From UHGV virus genome UHGV-0132701: a DNA stretch of 40,066 bases. One strand, 5' to 3'. How positions within the stretch are numbered: position 1 is the first letter of the stretch; each line of letters starts with the position of its first letter. The notes below the pieces were generated by a model. It worked only from the letters and a program-made list of their open reading frames with translations. It was not told the origin of the DNA and made no database searches. Of this stretch, positions 1 to 6,896 are shown in pieces. The translations under genes and the position numbers were made by a program. The DNA comes from a virus.

Positions 1-176
1 CTGCAGGGGACACCATTTATCAGTTCGCTCCCATCCGCACCAGTCCGCAAAATCCCCTGAATATCAAGCCTTCCGTATATTCACGGTTCGTCATGGTTCG
101 CGTCAGATCGTTGACAGCCGCACACCATGACGGGTAAAAAGTGGATAAAATAATTTTACCCACCGGATTTTTACCC

Positions 177-1334
177 ATGCTCACCGTTAAGCAGATTGAA
201 GCAGCAAAGCCGAAAGAAAAACCATACCGCCTTCTCGATGGTAATGGCCTGTACCTTTATGTCCCTGTATCAGGGAAAAAGGTATGGCAGCTTCGCTACA
301 AGATTGACGGTAAGGAGAAAATCCTGACCGTCGGAAAATATCCGCTTATGACTTTGCAGGAGGCAAGGGATAAAGCATGGACCGCGAGGAAAGACATCTC
401 GGTTGGTATCGATCCGGTAAAAGCGAAAAAGGCTTCGTCTAACAACAATTCCTTTAGCGCCATTTACAAGGAATGGTACGAGCACAAGAAGCAAGTCTGG
501 TCAGTAGGCTATGCAAATGAACTTGCAAAAATGTTTGATGACGACATTTTACCTATCATCGGCGGCCTTGAAATTCAGGATATTGAGCCGATGCAACTGC
601 TGGAAGTAATCCGCAGATTTGAAGATCGCGGTGCAATGGAGCGAGCAAATAAAGCCCGCAGAAGATGCGGCGAGGTTTTCCGTTACGCTATTGTCACCGG
701 AAGGGCTAAATATAACCCGGCACCTGACCTTGCTGACGCCATGAAGGGATACCGCAAGAAGAACTTCCCGTTTCTTCCAGCAGACCATATCCCTGCATTT
801 AACAAAGCACTGACAACATTTTCAGGAAGTATCGTATCGCTCATTGCGACCAAAGTTTTACGCTACACAGCCCTAAGAACGAAAGAGCTTCGTTCCATGC
901 AATGGAAGAACGTCGATTTTGAAAACAGGATTATCACTATCGACGCCAGTGTGATGAAGGGACGCAAAATTCATGTGGTTCCTATGTCAGATCAGGTGAT
1001 TGAACTTCTCACTACGCTAAGCTCAATCACTAAACCAGTGTCAGAGTTTGTTTTTGCCGGGCGCAACGATAAGAAGAAGCCAATTTGCGAGAACGCTGTA
1101 CTACTTGTGATCAAACAAATCGGCTATGAAGGTCTGGAAAGCGGTCACGGATTCAGGCATGAATTCAGCACGATTATGAACGAGCACGAATGGCCTGCTG
1201 ACGCTATTGAAGTGCAACTGGCACATGCCAACGGCGGATCTGTGCGTGGGATTTACAACCATGCTCAGTATCTCGATAAGCGCAGAGAAATGATGCAGTG
1301 GTGGGCGGACTATCTAGACGGCAAGGTGGCGTAA
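177..1334 (+). CDS. intS: Tyrosine recombinase, P4-type phage integrase (IntS-like); ATG at 177 preferred over GTG at 141
   Basis: N-terminus MLTVKQIEAAKPKEKPYRLLDGNGLYL matches the arm-binding domain of P4-family integrases; C-terminal catalytic region has HGFRHEF and a GIYNHAQY tyrosine motif. Length 385 aa and sequence agree with my recollection of E. coli K-12 IntS (CPS-53, argW-associated); symbol from recall, not verified. Confidence 0.85.
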   Translation: MLTVKQIEAAKPKEKPYRLLDGNGLYLYVPVSGKKVWQLRYKIDGKEKILTVGKYPLMTLQEARDKAWTARKDISVGIDPVKAKKASSNNNSFSAIYKEWYEHKKQVWSVGYANELAKMFDDDILPIIGGLEIQDIEPMQLLEVIRRFEDRGAMERANKARRRCGEVFRYAIVTGRAKYNPAPDLADAMKGYRKKNFPFLPADHIPAFNKALTTFSGSIVSLIATKVLRYTALRTKELRSMQWKNVDFENRIITIDASVMKGRKIHVVPMSDQVIELLTTLSSITKPVSEFVFAGRNDKKKPICENAVLLVIKQIGYEGLESGHGFRHEFSTIMNEHEWPADAIEVQLAHANGGSVRGIYNHAQYLDKRREMMQWWADYLDGKVA

Positions 1335-1343
1335 TGCCACCCA

Positions 1344-1661
1344 TCACACCACCCTGTCGTCTTCGATCACACTGTTGATGAAGTACGTCACACACCACAT
1401 CACTTCCACCTCTTCCGCAGCAGCCCCCTCTATCGCTTCACCATCATCCGTAATTAACGCCCTACCCATGACCCTGGCAAACTGTGTCCTGCCACCGATG
1501 AGTATTAGCAGAACCTGATTCTGTACCAGCCTGGTGCACGGTTCGATAACGGCAAAGCCGGATGATGTTTCGAGGATGCGGCTGTGCATGCCGATCCCGC
1601 AGATACGCTCCGGTGTTAACCGCTGCTCTACGTAGTCTCCCGCCGGTGAAGGAAAGCCCAT
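1344..1661 (-). CDS. Hypothetical small protein (105 aa), acidic C-terminus, second gene of overlapping pair
   Basis: Six-frame ORF, translationally coupled to the upstream 82-aa ORF, convergent with the integrase gene. Confidence 0.4.
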   Translation of the reverse strand: MGFPSPAGDYVEQRLTPERICGIGMHSRILETSSGFAVIEPCTRLVQNQVLLILIGGRTQFARVMGRALITDDGEAIEGAAAEEVEVMWCVTYFINSVIEDDRVV

Positions 1662-1909
1662 CAGTGAACCCTCCCCATGTTGCGCAGGATCCAGTAGTGA
1701 TTGTCGGTTCCGTCAGTTGTCTTGTCGGTGAAGTCGGGCTGATAGCGCTCTATCCACTCGTTGGCGTCGGCCCGGCTGAAATGCCAGTGGACCTTTGCCA
1801 GCTCGCGGATAAAGTCTTCTGTGCGTAAGCACCTGTAGCCCTTGGGGTTTAGCTGTATTGCGGCCACAAATGAGGCGTGAATGTCGTGACTGCGGGGCAT
1901 GATCTGCAC
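1661..1909 (-). CDS. Hypothetical small protein (82 aa), first gene of an overlapping two-gene cassette
   Basis: Six-frame ORF; its stop overlaps the start of the downstream 105-aa ORF (ATGA-type overlap at 1661). No recognisable motif. The opposite-strand ORF 1562..1828 looks low-complexity and less likely real. Confidence 0.4.
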   Translation of the reverse strand: MQIMPRSHDIHASFVAAIQLNPKGYRCLRTEDFIRELAKVHWHFSRADANEWIERYQPDFTDKTTDGTDNHYWILRNMGRVH

Positions 1910-2076
1910 TCCTTTTACCTGTTTTTATATACAGTAGTTTTAAAGTAGATTCAGATCAAGATGGCTAGGCCTATCAATGGAGCGACCATGAGATTTAGCA
2001 GTTTGCGAACGCCGCTCCTCCCTCAAGCGAAACCACCGTGATATATTTACGCCACACACACTATAAGGATCTTAAG

Positions 2077-3258
2077 ATGAAAGTTGCTGTTTTGATGATG
2101 CAAAAGGATGAGTACCGGCTTCTTGAGCCATGGATACTGCATCATGCTGAGCTTTTTGGCCTTGAAAATTTATACGTCTACGATAACGGGTCGGCAGATG
2201 AGCGATGCCTTAACGTTCTGAAGGAATATTCGGGAAAAGGGATGAATGTCGTTTATGACAGAAGCACCTTTGATGATTTCAATACCAGACATATCTACTT
2301 CGTAGACAAATACGAAGAATTAAAGAATTCTCATGGCTATGATTTTATGATGCCACTTGATTGTGATGAGTTTGTTGGCGTTGAGTTTTCAAAAGGCAAG
2401 GTGTCACTATCAAAAAATGATGTGTCGAATGAATTATCAAAATATATAGAAACCGATGCTACATTTAAAATTAAATATACATATGGCAACCACCCGCTTA
2501 ACCCAAAAGAATTTGTGCTAAGACCTAAACCTGAGAAAGTGTTCTTTCCTAAATCAAGAATAACTGCTCTGGGGAATGGTTTCCATCGCGGTGAAGTTGA
2601 GTCAGGACAACAGGTTGATACTGATATCATTTACCTTCACTTCCATCATAAAAACTATGATGACTATATCGCCAGCGCCCGTAATAAACTGGAAGGTCTT
2701 GTTGACGTTAATGATATTGAGGCTCTGAAGGCATTCAAAGGGGCGGGTCACCATTTAGTTAAAAAGTTCCTGATGACTCAGACCGAGTATTACGATATGC
2801 ATGCGGCTTCAAAGTCTATCAACCCGTCTAAGTTCTTTGTTATGGATGGCGTTTATGAATACCTGAAGGGTATAGGGCTGGATCTGGAGCAAACATTAAC
2901 TGTTGAACATGATGAAAGTCTAATAACATGGCATGGTTATGTAGACAAGGTGAGAGAAGATGATGGGTCATGCGTCTTCACGGGGTGGTGCTCTCCAAGC
3001 CTGAACGTTAATCAAGAGTTTTTTTTCCTGCGAGTAGGTCATGAAATACTCCCAGGATTCCTGGAGGGGAAAATACAGCGCTCAGATGTCGTAGCTAAAT
3101 TCCCTGATTACAATCTCCAGTGTGGTTTCTCTGTAAGATTCTACGGGGTAACAAAGGGCTCTTTGCAGCGCAATGAGTGGGAGTTTCACGTTTCTGCTGG
3201 TCACAAAGGTACTGGCTCAAAGCTAAACAGAAAGAAAAACGAATCATACTTCCAGTAA
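2077..3258 (+). CDS. GT-A fold (family 2-like) glycosyltransferase with about 150-aa C-terminal extension of unknown function; candidate lysogenic-conversion enzyme
   Basis: Motifs VAVLMMQKDE...LEPWILHH...LYVYDNGSADE and a DxD-like MPLDCDEF typical of GT-A nucleotide-sugar transferases. Markedly AT-rich relative to flanking DNA. RBS aaggat before the ATG at 2077 (in-frame ATG also at 2038). No obvious transmembrane segments. Confidence 0.6.
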   Translation: MKVAVLMMQKDEYRLLEPWILHHAELFGLENLYVYDNGSADERCLNVLKEYSGKGMNVVYDRSTFDDFNTRHIYFVDKYEELKNSHGYDFMMPLDCDEFVGVEFSKGKVSLSKNDVSNELSKYIETDATFKIKYTYGNHPLNPKEFVLRPKPEKVFFPKSRITALGNGFHRGEVESGQQVDTDIIYLHFHHKNYDDYIASARNKLEGLVDVNDIEALKAFKGAGHHLVKKFLMTQTEYYDMHAASKSINPSKFFVMDGVYEYLKGIGLDLEQTLTVEHDESLITWHGYVDKVREDDGSCVFTGWCSPSLNVNQEFFFLRVGHEILPGFLEGKIQRSDVVAKFPDYNLQCGFSVRFYGVTKGSLQRNEWEFHVSAGHKGTGSKLNRKKNESYFQ

Positions 3259-3263
3259 AAGAA

Positions 3264-3284
3264 GGCGGGAAATCCCGCCTTTTA
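3264..3284. terminator. Bidirectional rho-independent terminator between the glycosyltransferase gene and the convergent late operon
   Basis: GGCGGG-aaat-CCCGCC hairpin flanked by an A-run upstream and a T-run downstream. Confidence 0.6.
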
Positions 3285-3402
3285 CTTTCTCAACCTTATA
3301 GCATCGAATGCTTCCCGTTAGCAGTCAATTGTCGCATAGGGCAGTTCTAATTTCGCATAATTATAACACTGCTCGAAGATATTAGGGCCATTCAGATCGT
3401 AA

Positions 3403-3696
3403 TCACACTCCGTTGCCAACAACCTCCGCATTTGGTTCAACTGCATCGAACGCAATACACGCGGCGGCATATAGTGCGTCTATTGCAGACAATGGAAACA
3501 TCGATAATGCGCAGGAATCACGAAACTCGTTCAGATCAGGCTTATTCCCATAGACTTTAACGGCAGTATTTGGTTTAAGATAAAAACCAGCGCTCCACCC
3601 GTTACCGCGCACTTCAACAATGGCAATGCTGTTAATTCCTTTAACCAATACACCGTCAAATTTGAAAGCACCGCTTGCTGTTTTCATTTTAATCAT
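3403..3696 (-). CDS. Hypothetical protein (97 aa), translationally coupled to the 61-aa ORF
   Basis: Start MIKMKTASG preceded by GGAG; overlaps the upstream stop by 8 nt. No recognised domain. Confidence 0.45.
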   Translation of the reverse strand: MIKMKTASGAFKFDGVLVKGINSIAIVEVRGNGWSAGFYLKPNTAVKVYGNKPDLNEFRDSCALSMFPLSAIDALYAAACIAFDAVEPNAEVVGNGV

Positions 3697-3874
3697 TCTC
3701 CGTAACAGTTTTATTGTGAGCAGCATTTAGTGCTCGCTGGAGTGGCTGGTCATTTTCGCGATCTAATTCTGCCTGCAATGCGTTCATAGCCACTGTAAAG
3801 GCAGGAACTTCCTGCCCGGTTAAATTAACTCTCAGCATGAACTGCATGATATTTTGAATAGTTTGCTTATCCAT
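3689..3874 (-). CDS. Hypothetical small protein (61 aa) immediately downstream of the tailspike
   Basis: ORF starts 12 nt after the tailspike stop with an RBS-like aggac; its stop overlaps the start of the next ORF. Confidence 0.45.
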   Translation of the reverse strand: MDKQTIQNIMQFMLRVNLTGQEVPAFTVAMNALQAELDRENDQPLQRALNAAHNKTVTEND

Positions 3875-3886
3875 TTTATTGTCCTG

Positions 3887-5344
3887 TTAAGTTAAACCAA
3901 TTAATCCATGCCCGGTCGAAGCATGTAAGTCCTGAATTAATGCTGCAACTACCTTTGCTAAATCTTCGTGAGTTATTGTTCCAGAGTTAAATGCTGCTCG
4001 GGATACGGTGCCGGTTGGCGAACCCCATCCCGTTCTCCTCTCTGAAATAACTTGATTGCCATTAAGTCGTATTCTTAAGTTGGTGAAATTAGCCCAGTTC
4101 TCAGTCCTGTTGAAACTCAAATATGTTGTATTTGCCGGGCCCGTTCCTACCGTAATTCGTTGATTGTCGCCCAACAAAATAGCGCAATTGTTACTGAACC
4201 CGGATTCAGTTAACGAAAGTCCGACGCGGAAGTTGCCGCTTCTGAAACGAATTCCGTTCGCTGCGTTTGATAAAATGGAACCCTCAAGGCGCATATACTC
4301 GCCATTGCCCACAACAGTGGTGACTTCCGTCGGTGCGACGATAGAGTCACCCCTGAACAACATGCCGGTCCAGATGAAACCGTTTGGCGCATTTAAGCCC
4401 CTGCCAATGTTGATCATGTGGGTTATGCGATTGCTACCGTCAGTGGTAGTGCATACCAGCCCCCTGGTGTTCCCTACATTCTCAGCGCCAACCATCCACC
4501 CAGCGTCCACACTGCATCCATTATTCATGTTGAATTCATGGATAATTGCGGATTTTGCGCCAGTGTTTAATCCTCCTGACCCAGCAGGGCCAGATACAGC
4601 GCCGTAAGACCATCCCCCCCACACTTCTGCATCCGCATGTCTGGCTTCTCCCCGAAAATGCCCTCCTACTAACTGGCCTGTGCCGCCATTATGACGAACG
4701 GCAGATGTCACTGCGGCGCCGTATGCTGATCCTCCTTGTTTCTCGAGATATCCGTAAAAGCAACCCTGTTCCCAGCGAGCTACGCCATCATCACGCGTGG
4801 CGTTGGATTTCTTTTCCACCCATAACACTGGATCCGGAGTATCAGTTAGCGGAATGGAAAATCTTTGGCGCATGGCGTTCGTATATTGAATTGAGCCGGT
4901 ATTGTAAATATTCACGCCGCCTGCATCGGCTCCAGACCAGCCAGTGCCCCCATATAAATTGTTCAGTCCATCTCCAGCGGGGCCAGCCAGGATCAATCGC
5001 AACTGGTCAGGGTCATATTTGAGTACATTCGGGAAATAATGTTGCCGAGCTCCGAAGGAGTCCAAGACCTCCATTGAATGTCCTTGCACGGTTACAAATT
5101 TTGAAACCTTCCCGTTATATACCGGGTAACCAGCAGCGTTAATGATGATTGGTTGCGAAACAGGAACGTGAGAACCGTCTTCATTCTCTACATAAACCTG
5201 AATCTGGTTTTCAGGATTTACCGGGTCAGTGTCAATTTTACCGATATAAATTTTGCCATTGGCTACGGCTTTAAAAGAACGCGCCATAGTGAAGAGTTGC
5301 GAAGGCATGCTTACCACAACATTTGCATTTATTGAATCTGTCAT
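3887..5344 (-). CDS. Tailspike protein: P22 gp9-like N-terminal head-binding domain fused to a divergent receptor-binding domain
   Basis: First ~110 aa ([62 protein letters not shown]...QGHSMEVLD...VLKYDPDQ) closely match the P22 tailspike head-binding domain; the remainder (485 aa total, shorter than P22) is unrelated to the P22 endorhamnosidase as far as I can tell. Confidence 0.9.
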   Translation of the reverse strand: MTDSINANVVVSMPSQLFTMARSFKAVANGKIYIGKIDTDPVNPENQIQVYVENEDGSHVPVSQPIIINAAGYPVYNGKVSKFVTVQGHSMEVLDSFGARQHYFPNVLKYDPDQLRLILAGPAGDGLNNLYGGTGWSGADAGGVNIYNTGSIQYTNAMRQRFSIPLTDTPDPVLWVEKKSNATRDDGVARWEQGCFYGYLEKQGGSAYGAAVTSAVRHNGGTGQLVGGHFRGEARHADAEVWGGWSYGAVSGPAGSGGLNTGAKSAIIHEFNMNNGCSVDAGWMVGAENVGNTRGLVCTTTDGSNRITHMINIGRGLNAPNGFIWTGMLFRGDSIVAPTEVTTVVGNGEYMRLEGSILSNAANGIRFRSGNFRVGLSLTESGFSNNCAILLGDNQRITVGTGPANTTYLSFNRTENWANFTNLRIRLNGNQVISERRTGWGSPTGTVSRAAFNSGTITHEDLAKVVAALIQDLHASTGHGLIGLT

Positions 5345-5400
5345 TTAATTTGCTCCAGATACAAGGAATCACCGAAGCGTGGCTACGGTGAATTTTGGGC

Positions 5401-5427
5401 ATAAAAAAACCCAGCCGAAGCTGGGTC
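5401..5427 (-). terminator. Rho-independent terminator (minus strand) upstream of the tailspike gene
   Basis: CCCAGC-cgaa-GCTGGG hairpin followed by a T-run on the minus strand. Confidence 0.5.
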
Positions 5428-5534
5428 GTTGCGTTGGTTATCTGTCAGTAGTTATGTACTGAGGGAGGTAATTCTTTATTCTTAAGTCTCATCCATGCGG
5501 AAAGATTCGATTTGGTTAACCATTTTATCTCCAA

Positions 5535-5560
5535 CAAAAAACCCACCTGACGGTGGGTTT
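5535..5560 (-). terminator. Rho-independent terminator directly after the immI-position gene
   Basis: CCCACC-tgac-GGTGGG hairpin followed by a T-run on the minus strand, 6 nt after the stop codon. Confidence 0.55.
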
Positions 5561-5565
5561 CATAA

Positions 5566-6534
5566 TTAGATTTCTGGTTTCATTCTTCCGAAAACCTTTT
5601 CTATTCCTTTTTCGTATTCTTCTCTTGTCTCACTCATCGCTGCGACCCCAAGAAGCTTACCGATATGCTGACGCAAAGCCTTGACACCAATTTCAGAAAG
5701 GAACAGATGCAACTTATCAGATTGTTTTCCGTTCTCGTCTCGGCTGGCTCGAATCTGTTCAAGGATTTTACCTTTACTCTTTGCTAGCGGGGTGTATATC
5801 TGCATGTTGGTTAGCTGCCCAAAACGAATAGGCCGTCCTTTCTCTGGCCTATTCAGGCCGTACAATCGATACCACTCCTCGTATAACTCATCTGGAAATT
5901 CCTTTTCATATTGACGAGCCTCTTCACGAACAAACGCTTTGAACTCGTCAATGACAGCCTGAACTTCTGGGCGATAACCAGCAAGCGCATACGCAACCCC
6001 CTTAATTCCCGCCTTAGCGGAGGCATTAATAAGTCTCTGCGCTGCAGCCGCGGCCTTTAACCGTGATTGTGGTAGATCGTCATTATCTTTGGCTTCTATT
6101 AGTGCCCTACCAATATCAACAATTGCTGTAATGTCATAACCTAACGCTTGATGAACGGTTTTAGACTTCGAAGTAAGTTGAAATTTATAGGTATTTTCCA
6201 TTTTTCGCTGCAATTCTAGATCTCGGTATTTGCTCATATACTGAGCGCCAAGCAGTTGATCTAAATCCCTGGCATGTTCACCAATCCCTAGCAACTGAGA
6301 TAATCCAGTTTTCGTAACAACGACAGTTTTCGACTCGTCATCCAGTACATAACATTCAGCGTCAATGCCAAAATCATCTAAAAAGTTACCACGATGAGTT
6401 GCCCTGAGAATCTTACTTTTCCATCTTGCAGCAGCTGCTTTCTTTGCTATTTCAGAACGCTGCTCTTTAGTCAGCGACTTTGCGCGAGCGATCCCGCCCT
6501 TAGCTTTCCCTTCGCCACTTTTCTTTTCAGTCAT
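5566..6534 (-). CDS. Hypothetical protein (322 aa) at the immI/sieA-ant position between ejection proteins and tailspike; Lys/Ala-rich N-terminus, no transmembrane segment
   Basis: Long ORF with start MTEKKSGEG at 6534 (upstream in-frame codons lack an RBS and cover the promoter motifs). Moderately AT-rich; flanked by its own terminators; synteny with P22 sieA-hkcC-mnt-arc-ant accessory region. Function not recognisable. Confidence 0.6.
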   Translation of the reverse strand: MTEKKSGEGKAKGGIARAKSLTKEQRSEIAKKAAAARWKSKILRATHRGNFLDDFGIDAECYVLDDESKTVVVTKTGLSQLLGIGEHARDLDQLLGAQYMSKYRDLELQRKMENTYKFQLTSKSKTVHQALGYDITAIVDIGRALIEAKDNDDLPQSRLKAAAAAQRLINASAKAGIKGVAYALAGYRPEVQAVIDEFKAFVREEARQYEKEFPDELYEEWYRLYGLNRPEKGRPIRFGQLTNMQIYTPLAKSKGKILEQIRASRDENGKQSDKLHLFLSEIGVKALRQHIGKLLGVAAMSETREEYEKGIEKVFGRMKPEI

Positions 6535-6640
6535 AATGCAAGAACCTTTGTTGTGATGTATGCTTGCATTATATACACTGTACACACATACAAGCAAGCA
6601 TAAAACTAAAACAAAATGCTTGCATTACAACCGCGCTACT
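6534..6640. promoter_or_regulatory. Divergent promoter region with four copies of an ATGCTTGCA(TTA) operator-like motif (two direct, two inverted)
   Basis: ATGCTTGCATTA at 6560-6571 and 6616-6627; reverse-complement partial copies at about 6534-6542 and 6593-6603; lies between the 322-aa gene and a divergent small ORF. Confidence 0.45.
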
Positions 6641-6690
6641 CCAACTACACATTATCATCTGGTATCCTGCGCAAAACTAAGGAGGTTGGT

Positions 6691-6879
6691 GTGAAGAAAA
6701 AATTTGTAAACGTTGCAAAGTGCGCAATTTTTATATTTTTTATGACCTTTTACGGATTTAGTGCCGGAGAAGGTTTCGATCGTGATGCCAATGCATTCAG
6801 TTTCTTTTGTCTGTCTATAGTGGTCATAATTGTATGGGTGGAATTAAAGCAAACATTGTTTCATGTGCTAGGGAAATAA
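6691..6879 (+). CDS. Small hydrophobic protein (62 aa, two predicted membrane helices), GTG start
   Basis: Strong RBS aaggagg 6 nt before GTG; hydrophobic stretches CAIFIFFMTFYGF and FSFFCLSIVVIIVWV; AT-rich; divergent from the 322-aa gene. Confidence 0.4.
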   Translation: MKKKFVNVAKCAIFIFFMTFYGFSAGEGFDRDANAFSFFCLSIVVIIVWVELKQTLFHVLGK

Positions 6880-6896
6880 CCATCCATGGCATTTAG

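Noticed and set aside
1-140. Possible tRNA 3' end or att core at the extreme left edge
   Set aside because: No recognisable tRNA acceptor/T-arm sequence in the 140 nt available; the attachment site probably lies outside the window.
141-176. GTG start at 141 for the integrase (as in the six-frame track)
   Set aside because: The ATG at 177 gives the canonical P4-family N-terminus and the expected 385-aa length; the 12 upstream codons are probably not translated. Uncertain, so noted rather than excluded.
1562-1828. Plus-strand 88-aa ORF antisense to the 82/105-aa pair
   Set aside because: Translation is Cys/Arg/Pro/Val-rich low-complexity and lacks an RBS; the minus-strand pair has coupled start/stop geometry. 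Kept as an open question in the findings.
4164-5335. Plus-strand ORFs (4164..4607, 4546..5022, 5153..5335) and minus-strand ORF 4210..4392 inside the tailspike gene
   Set aside because: They lie wholly within the well-supported tailspike coding sequence, on the opposite strand or in another frame, with low-complexity Pro/Ser/Leu-rich translations; treated as shadow ORFs.
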